DNA of 63,716 nucleotides, filler included, from Octopus bimaculoides (lineage: Eukaryota): NCBI RefSeq assembly GCF_001194135.2. It is 6 parts of 5 records of this genome, joined end to end, with 100 filler letters (N's around TTAATTAATTAA, not from the genome) between each part and the next. Parts side by side here need not be neighbours in the genome. Positions count along the whole stretch, not along the records: positions 1 to 18,098 come from NC_068984.1; positions 18,199 to 37,995 come from NC_068989.1; 4 more parts are not named here. One strand, 5' to 3'. This document shows, piece after piece, positions 12,884 to 25,675 of the stretch (within the stretch, counting starts at the first letter, position 1; each line of letters begins with the position of its first letter). The notes under the pieces were generated by a model that was given only the letters and a program-made list of their open reading frames with translations, did no database searches and was not told the origin of the DNA. A program made the position numbers and the translations under genes.

Positions 12884-13224
12884 AAATTATAAAGATTTTA
12901 TCCAAAATTCCTTCGTCGGATTCGCGTCTTTATGCACCTTTCTAAACACCTAACCATCTTCGTGTTCCGAGATTTTTTAAGTTGTTCGTAAAACGAACCG
13001 ATGGAAATTAATTTTCCCAGCAACACACCCGTACATACATAGATACATACATACATACATACATACATGTCAATATTAGGCTGATGACGCATTGGCAGAA
13101 TTGTTAGTGCATCGGACCAAATGCTTAGCGGCATTTCTTCCGGATGAAAGTGAAAGTCAACTGTGGTGGAATTTGAACATTTTGGTCCCGAGACGCTAAC
13201 ATTTCCACCAGTTCTTAGTAATAA

Positions 13225-13432
13225 TCCTTTCTACTCTAGGCACAAAGCTCAAAATTATGGGGGAGGAGGCCAGTTGATTAGATCAACTCCATTACGCAAC
13301 TGGTACTTAATTTATCGACCCCGAAAGAATGAAAGGCAAAGTCGACCTCGGCGGAATTTGAACTCAGAACGTTGCGATGGGCGAAATACCACTAAACACT
13401 TCTTCCGGTGTGCTAACGATTTTGCCTTAGTA

Positions 13433-13469
<37 letters not shown>
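13225..13469 (-). mobile_element. S1 SINE (GCCTAGAGTAGAAAGGATTATT-type tail) adjoining (AAT)n and a gap
   Basis: S1 body GAAAGGCAAAGTCGACCTCGGCGGAATTTGAACTCAGAACG. Confidence 0.85.
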
Positions 13470-14183
13470 NNNNNNNNNNNNNNNNNNNNNNNNNNNNNNN
13501 NNNNNNNNNNNNNNNNNNNNNNNNNNNNNNNNNNNNNNNNNNNNNNNNNNNNNNNNNNNNNNNNNNNNNNNNNNNNNNNNNNNNNNNNNNNNNNNNNNNN
13601 NNNNNNNNNNNNNNNNNNNNNNNNNNNNNNNNNNNNNNNNNNNNNNNNNNNNNNNNNNNNNNNNNNNNNNNNNNNNNNNNNNNNNNNNNNNNNNNNNNNN
13701 NNNNNNNNNNNNNNNNNNNNNNNNNNNNNNNNNNNNNNNNNNNNNNNNNNNNNNNNNNNNNNNNNNNNNNNNNNNNNNNNNNNNNNNNNNNNNNNNNNNN
13801 NNNNNNNNNNNNNNNNNNNNNNNNNNNNNNNNNNNNNNNNNNNNNNNNNNNNNNNNNNNNNNNNNNNNNNNNNNNNNNNNNNNNNNNNNNNNNNNNNNNN
13901 NNNNNNNNNNNNNNNNNNNNNNNNNNNNNNNNNNNNNNNNNNNNNNNNNNNNNNNNNNNNNNNNNNNNNNNNNNNNNNNNNNNNNNNNNNNNNNNNNNNN
14001 NNNNNNNNNNNNNNNNNNNNNNNNNNNNNNNNNNNNNNNNNNNNNNNNNNNNNNNNNNNNNNNNNNNNNNNNNNNNNNNNNNNNNNNNNNNNNNNNNNNN
14101 NNNNNNNNNNNNNNNNNNNNNNNNNNNNNNNNNNNNNNNNNNNNNNNNNNNNNNNNNNNNNNNNNNNNNNNNNNNNNNNNNNN

Positions 14184-14250
<67 letters not shown>

Positions 14251-14594
14251 TAAAAAAAAAAAATAATAATAATAATGATAATAATATTAATAATCCTTTC
14301 TAATTTTGGTACAAGGCTAGCAATTTTCTTCTGAGTTCAAATAATACTGAGGTCGATAAAATAAGATACCAGTGTCGTATTGGGCTTAATTTGATCGACT
14401 GTAATTGGACTCTGATAAATAAATGTAAAGGCTTGTTCCTTTCATAAAGTCGGTAATTTTGATTTTGTTATTGTAAGTGAGTGAGGCAAACTTACAAAGC
14501 TTCTAAATTCATTAATAAAGACTAGCCTAATAATGATAAATAACTTTAAATCGTTTTGGCATGGGAAAGGAAAACAAATGTACAGGCAGATGTA

Positions 14595-14712
14595 TGAGGG
14601 AGTGCTGAAAAGTTCCTGGCTTTGGGAAAAAGAAAATACAGGAGGAACAATTAATTATGATTTTATCCAACATATTCCCCCTCTCAGGTTCCCACACTTA
14701 TTACAGTAGCCC
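14595..14712 (+). mobile_element. Probable mariner-type left-end fragment
   Basis: TA followed by TGAGGGAGTGCTGAAAAGTTCCTGGCT resembles mariner TIRs (TA-CGAGGG..CTGAAAAGTT). No right TIR seen. Confidence 0.5.
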
Positions 14713-14717
14713 CTTCA

Positions 14718-14826
14718 AGCGTGGCTGTGTGGTAAAGAAGTTTGGTTCCAAAGCACATCGTTTCGGGTTATAGACAACACGTATATACATACCTATGTCC
14801 ATATGCAAATATATACGCATATATAC

Positions 14827-14864
<38 letters not shown>

Positions 14865-15465
14865 NNNNNNNNNNNNNNNNNNNNNNNNNNNNNNNNNNNN
14901 NNNNNNNNNNNNNNNNNNNNNNNNNNNNNNNNNNNNNNNNNNNNNNNNNNNNNNNNNNNNNNNNNNNNNNNNNNNNNNNNNNNNNNNNNNNNNNNNNNNN
15001 NNNNNNNNNNNNNNNNNNNNNNNNNNNNNNNNNNNNNNNNNNNNNNNNNNNNNNNNNNNNNNNNNNNNNNNNNNNNNNNNNNNNNNNNNNNNNNNNNNNN
15101 NNNNNNNNNNNNNNNNNNNNNNNNNNNNNNNNNNNNNNNNNNNNNNNNNNNNNNNNNNNNNNNNNNNNNNNNNNNNNNNNNNNNNNNNNNNNNNNNNNNN
15201 NNNNNNNNNNNNNNNNNNNNNNNNNNNNNNNNTATATATATATATATATTATGTGTGTGTTTGTGTGTCTGTGTTTGTCCCCCCAACATCGCTTGACCAC
15301 CGATGCAGGTGTGTTTACGTCCCCGTAAGTTAGCGGTTCGGCACAAGAGGCCGATAGAATAAGTACTAGGCTTACAAAGAATAAGTCCTGGGGTCGATTT
15401 GCTCGACTAAAGGCGGTGCTCCAGCATGGCCGCAGTCAAACGACTGAAACAAGTAAAAGAGTATA
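14718..15465 (+). mobile_element. S2 SINE spanning a gap in its internal microsatellite
   Basis: Degenerate head at 14718; clear 3' half at 15250-15465. Confidence 0.8.
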
Positions 15466-15871
15466 CAGTTGACAACAGTGACGTCGCAACTCATTTCTAC
15501 AGCTGTGTGAACTAAAGTGTCTTGCTCAAGAACACAACATACAACCCGGTCCGGGAATTGAACACACTACCTCATGATTGTGAGCCGGACGTTATAAACA
15601 CTGAGCCATGCGCTTTCACAATATATACATACATACGTATGTACGTATGCAGCATGTTGTATAGTCAGTTGCTATTAGAAGCAGTTGACAATTCTTTAAT
15701 GCTGTCACAGAAACGAACACACAGACACAGTCGAAGAGTCGTAGGACGTGGTTTGCAGTTGGTGTCATGCGTCAGCAGGCACACACACTCATATTCTTCA
15801 CACACGCATGTATACATATATATATGTAGGGGCAGGCTGTCACTCAAACACTTACATACGCGTATGCAGAT

Positions 15872-15911
<40 letters not shown>

Positions 15912-16389
15912 CCATATGCACACACCCACATTTTCAAATGCACACATATTCATAAACACACACACGCACACACATTTCCATAAGCGCAGATATTCACACA
16001 CACACACACACTTGTTTCAGTCATTTGACTGCGGCCATGCTGGAGCACCGCCTTTAATCGAGCAAATCGACTCCTAGGACTTATTCTTTGTAAGCCTAGT
16101 ACTTATTCTATCGGGCTTCTTTCAGTTTCCGTCTTCCAAATCCACTCACAAGGCTTTGGTGGCTATATAGTAGGGGTCGATACTATTGACTTTGTCTGTC
16201 CTTGTTTATCCCCTCTATGTTTAACCCCCTGTGGGCAATAAAGAAATAAATATTTCTTGTCAATGTAGGAAAATTCATTTCAACGTTAATTTATTTTATC
16301 ATATTCAAAATATTTCACTTACTCTCTTAAATCATGTTACAACCATTTTGTGTAATTAGAATTTTGGTTCTGTTATGCCATTTAGAAAT

Positions 16390-17580
16390 CCGCCGGGAAA
16401 AATACTTGGCAGTGTTTCTTTTGGTTCTTCGTTTTGAATTCAAATGCTGCCGAGGTCACCTTTGCTGAAAAAAATGCTTAGCAGTATTTCGTCTGTCTTC
16501 AGGTTCTAAGTTCAAATTTCGCCGAGGTCGACTTTGCCTCTCATTCTTTCGAGGTCGATAAAATAATCACCAGTTGAGCATTAGGGTCGATGTAATCGAC
16601 ATATTCCTTGCTCTGAAATTGTTGCCCTGTGCCAAAATTTGAGATCATCATCACCATCATCATCATTATCATCATGACAGCAAACTGGCAGAATCGTTAC
16701 CGAGCCGGGCCAAATGTTTACCAGCATTTCACTCCTCATTACGTTCTGATTTCAAATCCCGCCGAGCTCAACTTCCCCGTTCATCCTTTCCGAATCGATT
16801 AAATAAAGGTGCCAGTCACGGACTAGACCAATGTAACCAAATACTGCCCCCCACTTCATCCTCCTAAAATTGCTGGCTTTGCGCTCAAAATTAGAAAGAA
16901 TCATTATTATTAATTAATATTTTCTGTATATAGATGACGAACTGGCAGAGTCGTTACCAGGCTTGACTGTTTNNNNNNNNNNNNNNNNNNNNNNNNNNNN
17001 NNNNNNNNNNNNNNNNNNNNNNNNNNNNNNNNNNNNNNNNNNNNNNNNNNNNNNNNNNNNNNNNNNNNNNNNNNNNNNNNNNNNNNNNNNNNNNNNNNNN
17101 NNNNNNNNNNNNNNNNNNNNNNNNNNNNNNNNNNNNNNNNNNNNNNNNNNNNNNNNNNNNNNNNNNNNNNNNNNNNNNNNNNNNNNNNNNNNNNNNNNNN
17201 NNNNNNNNNNNNNNNNNNNGAGCTGGCAGAATCGTTAGCACGCCGGGCGAAATTCTTAGCGGTATTTCGTCTGCCGTTACGTTCTGAGTTCAAATTCCGC
17301 CGAGGTCGACTTTGCCTTTCATCCTTTCGGGGTCGAAGAATTAAGTACCAGTTACGCACTGGGGTCGATGTAATCGACTTAATATTTTTGTCTGTCCTTG
17401 TTTGTCCCCTCTATGTTTAGCCCCTTATGGGCAATAAAGAAATAAGAATCGTTAGCAGGCCGACACTTGGTCCGCCTTTTCGTTCTGAGTTCAAATTCCG
17501 CCGAAGTCAACTTTGCTTTTCATTCTTTTGAGATCGATAAAATGCCCCAAGTTTCAGACCTTATGCCTATTGTAGAAAGG
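16390..17580 (+). mobile_element. Cluster of S1 SINE copies and fragments
   Basis: Repeated GAGTTCAAATT..GCCGAGGTCGACTTTGCC bodies at about 16430, 16510, 16750, 17285 and 17487. Confidence 0.85.
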
Positions 17581-17590
17581 ATTGTTATAA

Positions 17591-17868
17591 TTACTAGCTA
17601 GCCCCGTGTCGTCAAAAATGATGGCTAAATGTAGTATTTTGTATATAAAAATGGATGGCACATCAAATTAATACACTTCTCAATGTTATCTAGTGGTTGT
17701 CTTTGAGATGTGACGTCGATCATCGTTTGTTACAGAAAGAAAACTGGTTCACACATACATTCACACACTTCCCATGTACACGCACACACATATACACATA
17801 TACTTACACAGAGTTGAAACGCTGTTTGATTTTTCTTTCCAGTGTTGAATGCTCACCGTCTCACTTCC

Positions 17869-17903
<35 letters not shown>

Positions 17904-18069
17904 TCACATACCTCCCTTTTACATACACACACATATACTCACACAGAATTGAAACGCTCCCACTACCAGTTTGCCATCACCCCTTCCTTCCTTATTCATC
18001 TATCACCCCCTTCCTTTCTCATTCATATGTTGAGAGGGAGAAAAACACAAGAGTATTATTATAGTAGAT
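17591..18069 (+). mobile_element. Possible non-autonomous Helitron/HINE-like element
   Basis: Begins ACTAGCTAGCCCCGTG and ends TATTATAGTAGAT, with internal CA microsatellites and a duplicated CACAGA.TTGAAACGCT. Matches the remembered layout of such elements only. Confidence 0.35.
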
Positions 18070-18098
18070 TATTATTATTATCAAGGCGCCGAGCTAGC

Positions 18099-18198
18099 NN
18101 NNNNNNNNNNNNNNNNNNNNNNNNNNNNNNNNNNNNNNNNNNTTAATTAATTAANNNNNNNNNNNNNNNNNNNNNNNNNNNNNNNNNNNNNNNNNNNN
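18099..18198. other. Scaffold-join gap: 44 N + TTAATTAATTAA + 44 N (assembly artefact)
   Basis: Identical 100-bp structure at 37996-38095, 42496-42595, 54768-54867 and 61382-61481. The 12-mer gives stops in all six frames. Confidence 0.95.
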
Positions 18199-18804
18199 AA
18201 ACAACGGAGAAAAAAATATTTCAAATCAAATTATTTATAGCAGGATTCAATATAAAATTTCAAAAATTTTATAATTTTCGGAAAATACGTGTAGTATGTA
18301 TGTATGTATGTATGTCATTGTTCAGTTTTATTTCAAGATTTCTTGCCAATAGAGAAAGAGCCGGTTTCTAACCTAGATTTAAAACTCCTTCATTGGAATT
18401 CCAACAACAACAGGGTATTTTTTTTTTATATGTATGTATTTATATTTGCAGATTTGTATGTTTGGTTTATGTATATATTATCTTGTATATAGTTGCATAT
18501 CTAGACATGTTCGTATATATTTAAATGATAAACTTCTGGAAAGTTTTACAGTGATGAATTGGATCTGTATTCTTCGAATTAGCTTTCTCGTTTGTCGTTT
18601 TCAGAAGCCTAATTTCTCAAGATTAATATTTAGGCAGCATGTATGTATGCATGTATGCTTGTATGTATGTATGTATGTCTGTATGTATGCATGTATGTAT
18701 GTATGCATGCATTCATGTATGTATGTATGCATGTATGTATGCATGCTTGTAAGTATGCATGTATTATGTATGTATGTATTTATGTATGTATGTATGTATG
18801 TATG

Positions 18805-18945
18805 TGAAGGCGCATAGCTTAGTGGTTAGGGTGTTCGTCTCACGATTGTAAGGTCGTGAGTTCAATTCCCGGTGGTGCGTTGTGTCCTTGGGCAAGACAT
18901 TTCATTTCACGTTGCTGCAGTTCCCTCAGCTGGCAGGAATTATTA
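18805..18945 (+). mobile_element. tRNA-CORE SINE family S4, 5' part
   Basis: GGCGCATAGCTTAGTGGTTAGGG...GAGTTCAATTCCCGG...TTGTGTCCTTGGGCAAGAC (A box, B box, CORE-like). Confidence 0.85.
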
Positions 18946-19680
18946 CCCTTGGTTATCATTAGTATTATTGTTGATTTTGTATCTCAAATAATTTGTTAAC
19001 CTAAAATAAATATTGGGATAAAATTCATGCCCTCATTATTTTATTTTTATCCTGTATTGATTTTTATTTGTTGTAGGCTTTTGTGGGCGCTTGAGGATGC
19101 TCTTTAGATGCTTCTAAACTATGACCATTTATAATGCACTTGGTATTCTGATTAACGGCAAAAGTGACTGCGAAAAATTCGAAGAATAATAGATCATAGA
19201 CAATTCGATTTTTAGCACTCAGATCTTTTGTCTCCGTACTTTTATGTTGCTTTATCGTCCTTCTAGCATGCACTTTGCTGACCGAAGATTTCAGAATCTA
19301 GCACTGTACATAACATTGATTCCTATATAAAAGGTTTGTTTTGTTAAAGACTTTGGTCCACTTCGTATCATTTCAGTTAATACTCGATGCTACAAAAAGC
19401 ACACTAATAGAACGATGCTTTCTATTGATTTGTGGTAATGATACTTATCGTCATGACACTTGTTTATCGCAAGGACAAACCTGATCAAGTAAAACTGTGA
19501 TCATGTTTAGATATATCTAGGACTGCACTGTCCAATGTTTTCTCTCTTTAAAGGTGTGTGATTTGAGAGGGACGTACCTATGCCACTTCTAACTTCGGGA
19601 TAATTTTATTATTTGGCCCAGGTCAGCCGTAAACAAACAGTTATTCTAGGCCAATCAAACTTTGGTAATCTAATCTTGAT

Positions 19681-20057
19681 AATACAGTTCTATATTTAAT
19701 AGATGAGGAATTATGTACATTATTCACTTTATTTACATTATTTACATTCGACGGATATTTGTCCTCATCTTGTTTGTTGTTAACACAACGTTTCGGCTGA
19801 TATACCCTCCAGCCTTCTTCAGATGTCTTGGGGAAATTTCGAACCTGGGTTCTCATTCCTAAGGTATTTTTCGATGTTATCATTATTATTATTATTATTA
19901 GTGTTCAGGTCACTGCTTGGAATCGAACTCAGAATCTTGGGATTAGTAGCCCGCGCTCTTAACCACTACGCCATATGCCCGTGGGCATGAGAACCCAGGT
20001 TCGAAATTTTCCCAAGAAACCTGATGAAACAAGATGAGGACAAATATCCGTCGAATT
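19681..20057 (-). mobile_element. Hammerhead-bearing tRNA SINE (family H): full copy 19681-19980 (-) plus inverted tail fragment 19987-20057 (+), one TSD
   Basis: Head GGGCATATGGCGTAGTGGTTAAGAGC...GAGTTCGATTCC, short (AAT)n, then the tail. Perfect TSD TAATCTTGAT at 19671-19680 and 20058-20067. Confidence 0.9.
19782..19827 (-). ncRNA. Minimal type I hammerhead ribozyme motif
   Basis: GACAU-CUGAAGA-A-GGCUG(GAGGGUAUAU)CAGCC-GAAACGU-U-GUGUU: stem I 5 bp, stem II 5 bp, palindromic ACGU stem III. Confidence 0.8.
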
Positions 20058-21443
20058 TAATCTTGATGTTATTGTTTCCGACACTGAGCATCTTTGACTA
20101 CATAATATAGTGTGTTTTCATTTTTTGAGATTTCATTATGATTTCTAGCGTATCAGACAACTACAGAAAGGCACTCTTCTTTTCATTGCATCAAAATAGA
20201 AGATATTATTACCATAGCTGCTAGTGTTACTAATGTTACTTTCAGCTCATAAAAGAAAAGATTAAAAGAAAACAGTTTATTAGTATTTTTATTGTGTATA
20301 CATCACTGTTAAAAATCTGTCTTTACTTCAGCCATTTCGCTATTTTACAGACTTCATAGTTATTATAATCTTGAAACTGCTGTGGCTGCTGCTGCTGCTG
20401 CTGTTATTGTTATAGCTGCTGCTGACACTGCTGCTGTCATCGCCACCAACAATGGGTATTTATCCTGCCACTAACCTTATTGTTACTTCTAACGGTAGCA
20501 AGACTTTAACTCCTTTCTGTTTTTTTTTTGTTTTTGTTTTTGTTCTCTTATACCGCTTCCTGAGAACCAAATACATTTTTGATTTTATATTTTCCTCTAT
20601 TACCAATCTTTCACCACTGGTAATCGATTTCTCTATCGATATGTTCAATAATGTCGTGAAAGTTCTTGGCAATATTTCATTTTCGATTAGTTAATTTATT
20701 AATTTTCCCTTTAAAAAAGAATCAAAGAGATAAATTGAAGAAACACAACAAAGAAATAACCAAAAATATTTTTAAAAAAAACTAAACAAAAAAGTAAAAT
20801 TATTGCAAGTTAAACATTATTTCTGATCTGTGAAAGGATAATTGATGACATATCGAACAATCTTGCTGTATTCTTACTAATAACACTTCAATAATGATCT
20901 AATAACACACAGGTATCATAAATAGATATATAACAACTTCGGTTATCAAAAAGGCGAGAACATTCGCATGTGTATGAGTGCGTTTTTTTTTCTTTTCTCG
21001 ATCCGTTTTTTTTTCTCTCCATTTTTTCCCCTCTCAATCATTTCTATCAAAGAGCGTAGACTCGAAACGTCGAACACTTTTCCATTCTTCCCGAGTGTTA
21101 AACTAATACACCTCCTTGTTGTTCCCTCACTTGTCTTCGTCTTTGGTTTCCGTAAATTTGAACTATATTAACATACAGACATACATACAACTCTCCACAA
21201 ATTTTATATTTTCAAAATTTTTGGATGCTGTGTCAATAGTAGTTTTCCTGTCTTGTCGTTAAAAGCACGAAACAAGGAGTAATATCACAGTCGACTACTG
21301 AGGAGGAGTTAGACTTCATTTAGCATTTTGTCCCGTACTTATCGCTCGTTGTGTATTTACGCATTTTTCACTCGTTGCTTAATGTGTATTTATTCATTGA
21401 TATATATACTTTATTTAAAAGCAGCAGAAATATAACCAAAAAT

Positions 21444-21481
21444 CTGTTACTCGGAGTTTCACGTTCCCGTTCATCGGACAG
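21444..21481 (-). ncRNA. Second, unrelated minimal hammerhead-like motif (U4C variant)
   Basis: CUGU-CCGAUGA-ACG(GGAA)CGU-GAAACUC-C-GAGU-A-ACAG: all three stems pair; one core deviation. Confidence 0.6.
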
Positions 21482-23046
21482 TTTAGTTAGAAATGGGAAA
21501 GAAATTACGATGCAATCAAAACTAATATAAAATCTAAAACACATGGATCTGTTTCATTGGTCGTTTCAAATAACGGTCTTGGGTGTGCAATGAACAAAAC
21601 AAATGAATTCAATATAGGTTCATCCTATTTTAAAAAATTCGAAGAAAACCTTAAATAGACAAATGGGTTCAAAATACATATCGTAAATAATTATATTCGA
21701 ATTAACGCATTAAAATTAAATAAAATTTACGCTGCATTAAAAATAAAAACAAAATTACAACCGTATATATGCATACTAGACTATCTACAACATGCATACA
21801 TACATACAAACATACATACATACATACATACATACATACATACATACATACATCAAAATACACAGATGCATACGTACAGACAATATATGTATTTAGGTAT
21901 ATATTTGCAAGACATAAACACATGCACATAAACACATGCGGTAACGAAGGCCCGAAAGAAATATAGTAGTCGAAGGGGAAATGAAAAAGAAGTTAGACTC
22001 AGCCGATAGTCGGAAGTGATACGACAAAAGAAACGGGAAGAAAAGAGATGAGTTTACCATAACAATAATACTGTGTAGTGATATCTATGTTATATCTTAG
22101 ATACTGCGTGTCGGAGGCCTGGACGGGCCCGATTTCTCTACAGGTCTCTAAATAAAAGATGGTGGATAAAAAATTCAGGAGAGCGTCGGAGCAAAATACG
22201 TTTAGGTATTGGCCTATTTCTGTTTAAGATTTAACTGAGATCAATATCCCATCACAGGTTGATGTTTTTTTGGGGGGTTTTTTTCGCCCTTTGTTTTTGT
22301 GAGATCAATAAAATAAATAAACACGAGTCTACGAGTTCTGATGGCCGACATGATAGCCTATGCCGATGACGATAGAATTCTCACTTCAGTTACAATTTAA
22401 TTCTTGTGAACAAAACTTGAGAGAAGAAATATTACACATCTGTGAAGAAGACACGAAGAAAAATAGGAAAATGATGATGATGATGATGATGAAGAAGAAG
22501 AAGATGAAATGTATGTGGGTATGTACGTGTGTGTGTATGTATATATATATATATATATATATATNNNNNNNNNNNNNNNNNNNNNNNNNNNNNNNNNNNN
22601 NNNNNNNNNNNNNNNNNNNNNNNNNNNNNNNNNNNNNNNNNNNNNNNNNNNNNNNNNNNNNNNNNNNNNNNNNNNNNNNNNNNNNNNNNNNNNNNNNNNN
22701 NNNNNNNNNNNNNNNNNNNNNNNNNNNNNNNNNNNNNNNNNNNNNNNNNNNNNNNNNNNNNNNNNNNNNNNNNNNNNNNNNNNNNNNNNNNNNNNNNNNN
22801 NNNNNNNNNNNNNNNNNNNNNNNNNNNNNNNNNNNNNNNNNNNNNNNNNNNNNNNNNNNNNNNNNNNNNNNNNNNNNNNNNNNNNNNNNNNNNNNNNNNN
22901 NNNNNNNNNNNNNNNNNNNNNNNNNNNNNNNNNNNNNNNNNNNNATATACATACATATATGTAAAAATGTATACTCTAGCAGTCTCTCACGCTCTCTCTC
23001 TTTCTCTCTCTCCCTCTCCCTCTTTTTCACTGTGTCTTTCTCTCTC

Positions 23047-23103
<57 letters not shown>

Positions 23104-23534
23104 CTCTCTACGCATGCACACACATACTTACAAGCGTATTGCACGGCGCCGTAGAGCGGAAGCTATACTGTTAAAAGAAAAGAGACAAACAGACAAACAG
23201 ACAGAGGGAGAGAAAGATAGAGAGAGAAGAACAGAAAGAAGTGCTAGAGAAAAAGAGAGATAGCAATTTATGGTTGGTACTTGCTCATACAACACATTTT
23301 CGTTCTTGTTCTTCTCTTCTGTTTTTCCATTTTTTGTTTTGTTTTTTTTTTAATTCTCTCCAGCGCGAACACTTACAGGAGGAACTCTACTGCAATATAA
23401 TTCATACAACAGAAGATTAATGTTTGAGGCTGAAAATGAAATAGGTGGCTTCATGGCTTCATTAAATTGGTGTCAGTCGATGAAAACCCCCACGTTATTA
23501 GTGTTTTAATATTCTGTATGGTCTGTGATAAACT

Positions 23535-23537
23535 AGT

Positions 23538-23615
<78 letters not shown>
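23535..23615. repeat. (TAG)n microsatellite
   Basis: Direct reading. Confidence 0.95.
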
Positions 23616-23618
<3 letters not shown>

Positions 23619-24869
23619 GAGAGAGGCGGATCGATAAATGCTATTGTAACACTTTTACTTCAAGAAGACTATTTTTTTCTTTGCATACTAGCATCCGTTC
23701 GTGTAGTGTTTCCAAATATAATAATAGAGACTACTATGCTGATCACAGTAAATTGCATGTGCCTGCACTCCAACATGGATATATATATATCTATATATAT
23801 ATATATATATNNNNNNNNNNNNNNNNNNNNNNNNNNNNNNNNNNNNNNNNNNNNNNNNNNNNNNNNNNNNNNNNNNNNNNNNNNNNNNNNNNNNNNNNNN
23901 NNNNNNNNNNNNNNNNNNNNNNNNNNNNNNNNNNNNNNNNNNNNNNNNNNNNNNNNNNNNNNNNNNNNNNNNNNNNNNNNNNNNNNNNNNNNNNNNNNNN
24001 NNNNNNNNNNNNNNNNNNNNNNNNNNNNNNNNNNNNNNNNNNNNNNNNNNNNNNNNNNNNNNNNNNNNNNNNNNNNNNNNNNNNNNNNNNNNNNNNNNNN
24101 NNNNNNNNNNNNNNNNNNNNNNNNNNNNNNNNNNNNNNNNNNNNNNNNNNNNNNNNNNNNNNNNNNNNNNNNNNNNNNNNNNNNNNNNNNNNNNNNNNNN
24201 NNNNNNNNNNNNNNNNNNNNNNNNNNNNNNNNNNNNNNNNNNNNNNNNNNNNNNNNNNNNNNNNNNNNNNNNNNNNNNNNNNNNNNNNNNNNNNNNNNNN
24301 NNNNNNNNNNNNNNNNNNNNNNNNNNNNNNNNNNNNNNNNNNNNNNNNNNNNNNNNNNNNNNNNNNNNNNNNNNNNNNNNNNNNNNNNNNNNNNNNNNNN
24401 NNNNNNNNNNNNNNNNNNNNNNNNNNNNNNNNNNNNNNNNNNNNNNNNNNNNNNNNNNNNNNNNNNNNNNNNNNNNNNNNNNNNNNNNNNNNNNNNNNNN
24501 NNNNNNNNNNNNNNNNNNATATATATATATATATATACGACGTGATGGTGAGACTAACAAATTCCCCCATAAACTCAATTTTAACAAAACAACACAAGCT
24601 ACAAACATTCGTATCCAGATCTTGTTACCGTATTCATTGGAAATATGTATTTGTTTATCGCAGAAAAAACAATCAATCAAGAGAAACAAAATTATCAACA
24701 ATTCAACAGGCGCCAATTCTAACCAATCAACAGATAATAAGAGAATGTTCTCTTAATAAATGATGACTTTTATCATAAATCCTTAATCGGTACGTAATGC
24801 TTTTTTATAATCAATACTACAGGTACAAGATCGATTTTCTGAAACCTTTGGGTCCACATACTTTCCGGT

Positions 24870-25215
24870 AAGTAGCTTGCTTACCAACCACATGGTTCCG
24901 GGTTCAGTCCCACTGCATGGCACCTTGGGCAAGTGTCTTCTACCAAAGCCTTGTGAGTGGATTTGGTAGACGGAAACTGAAAGAAGCTCATCATTTGTTT
25001 GTGTGTCTGTGTTTGTCATCCCACCATCGATTGACAACTAATGATGGTGTGTGTACGTCCTCATAACTTAGTGGTTCAGCAAAAGAGACCGATAGGATAA
25101 GTACTAGGCTTACAAAGAACAAATCCTGGGGTCTATTTGCTCGACTAACGGTGGTGCCCCAACATGTCCACAGTCAAATGACTGAAACAAATAAAAGAAT
25201 AAAAGAATAAAAGAA
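24870..25215 (+). mobile_element. S2 SINE with internal deletions
   Basis: Matches 12485-12883 in head and tail; the TATAGCCTCGGGCCG segment and the TA repeat are missing. Confidence 0.85.
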
Positions 25216-25314
25216 TAATATTAATTTTCTTAAATAAGTAAATGAAATGCAGTTTTTTATACATTAGTAGATATGATACAAATTTATTGATATTGTACTG
25301 TGTAAGGTAATGCC

Positions 25315-25630
25315 TGGCACTCCGTCGCTTACGACGAAGATGGTTCTAGTTGATCCGATCAACGGAACAGCCTGCTCATGAAATTAACGTGCAAGTGGTT
25401 GAGGATTCCACAGACACGCCGTGCACTTAAAGTAGTTTTCAGGGAGATTCAGCATGACATAAAAGGTAACAAGGCTGGCCCTTGGAAATACAGGTGCAAC
25501 ATATTTTTGCAGCTGAGTGGACTGAAGCAACGTGAAATAAAATACCTTGCTCAAGGATACAATGCGCCACCTGGAAATCGAACTCAAAACCTTACGATCC
25601 TGAGCCGAATATCTTAACCATTAAGCCAGG
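25315..25630 (-). mobile_element. S4 SINE with the ...GATCGGATCAACT...CGACGGAGTGCC tail
   Basis: tRNA/CORE head at about 25540-25630; tail shared with S3 at 36178 and with 41022. Confidence 0.85.
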
Positions 25631-25675
25631 TGCAAGGCGAACTAGTCTGGCGACCACAGGTATTTCGGATTTCTT

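Noticed and set aside
18143-18154. TTAATTAATTAA recurring five times as a possible motif
   Set aside because: Always centred in exactly 44 N + 44 N; a six-frame-stop scaffolding linker, not biological.
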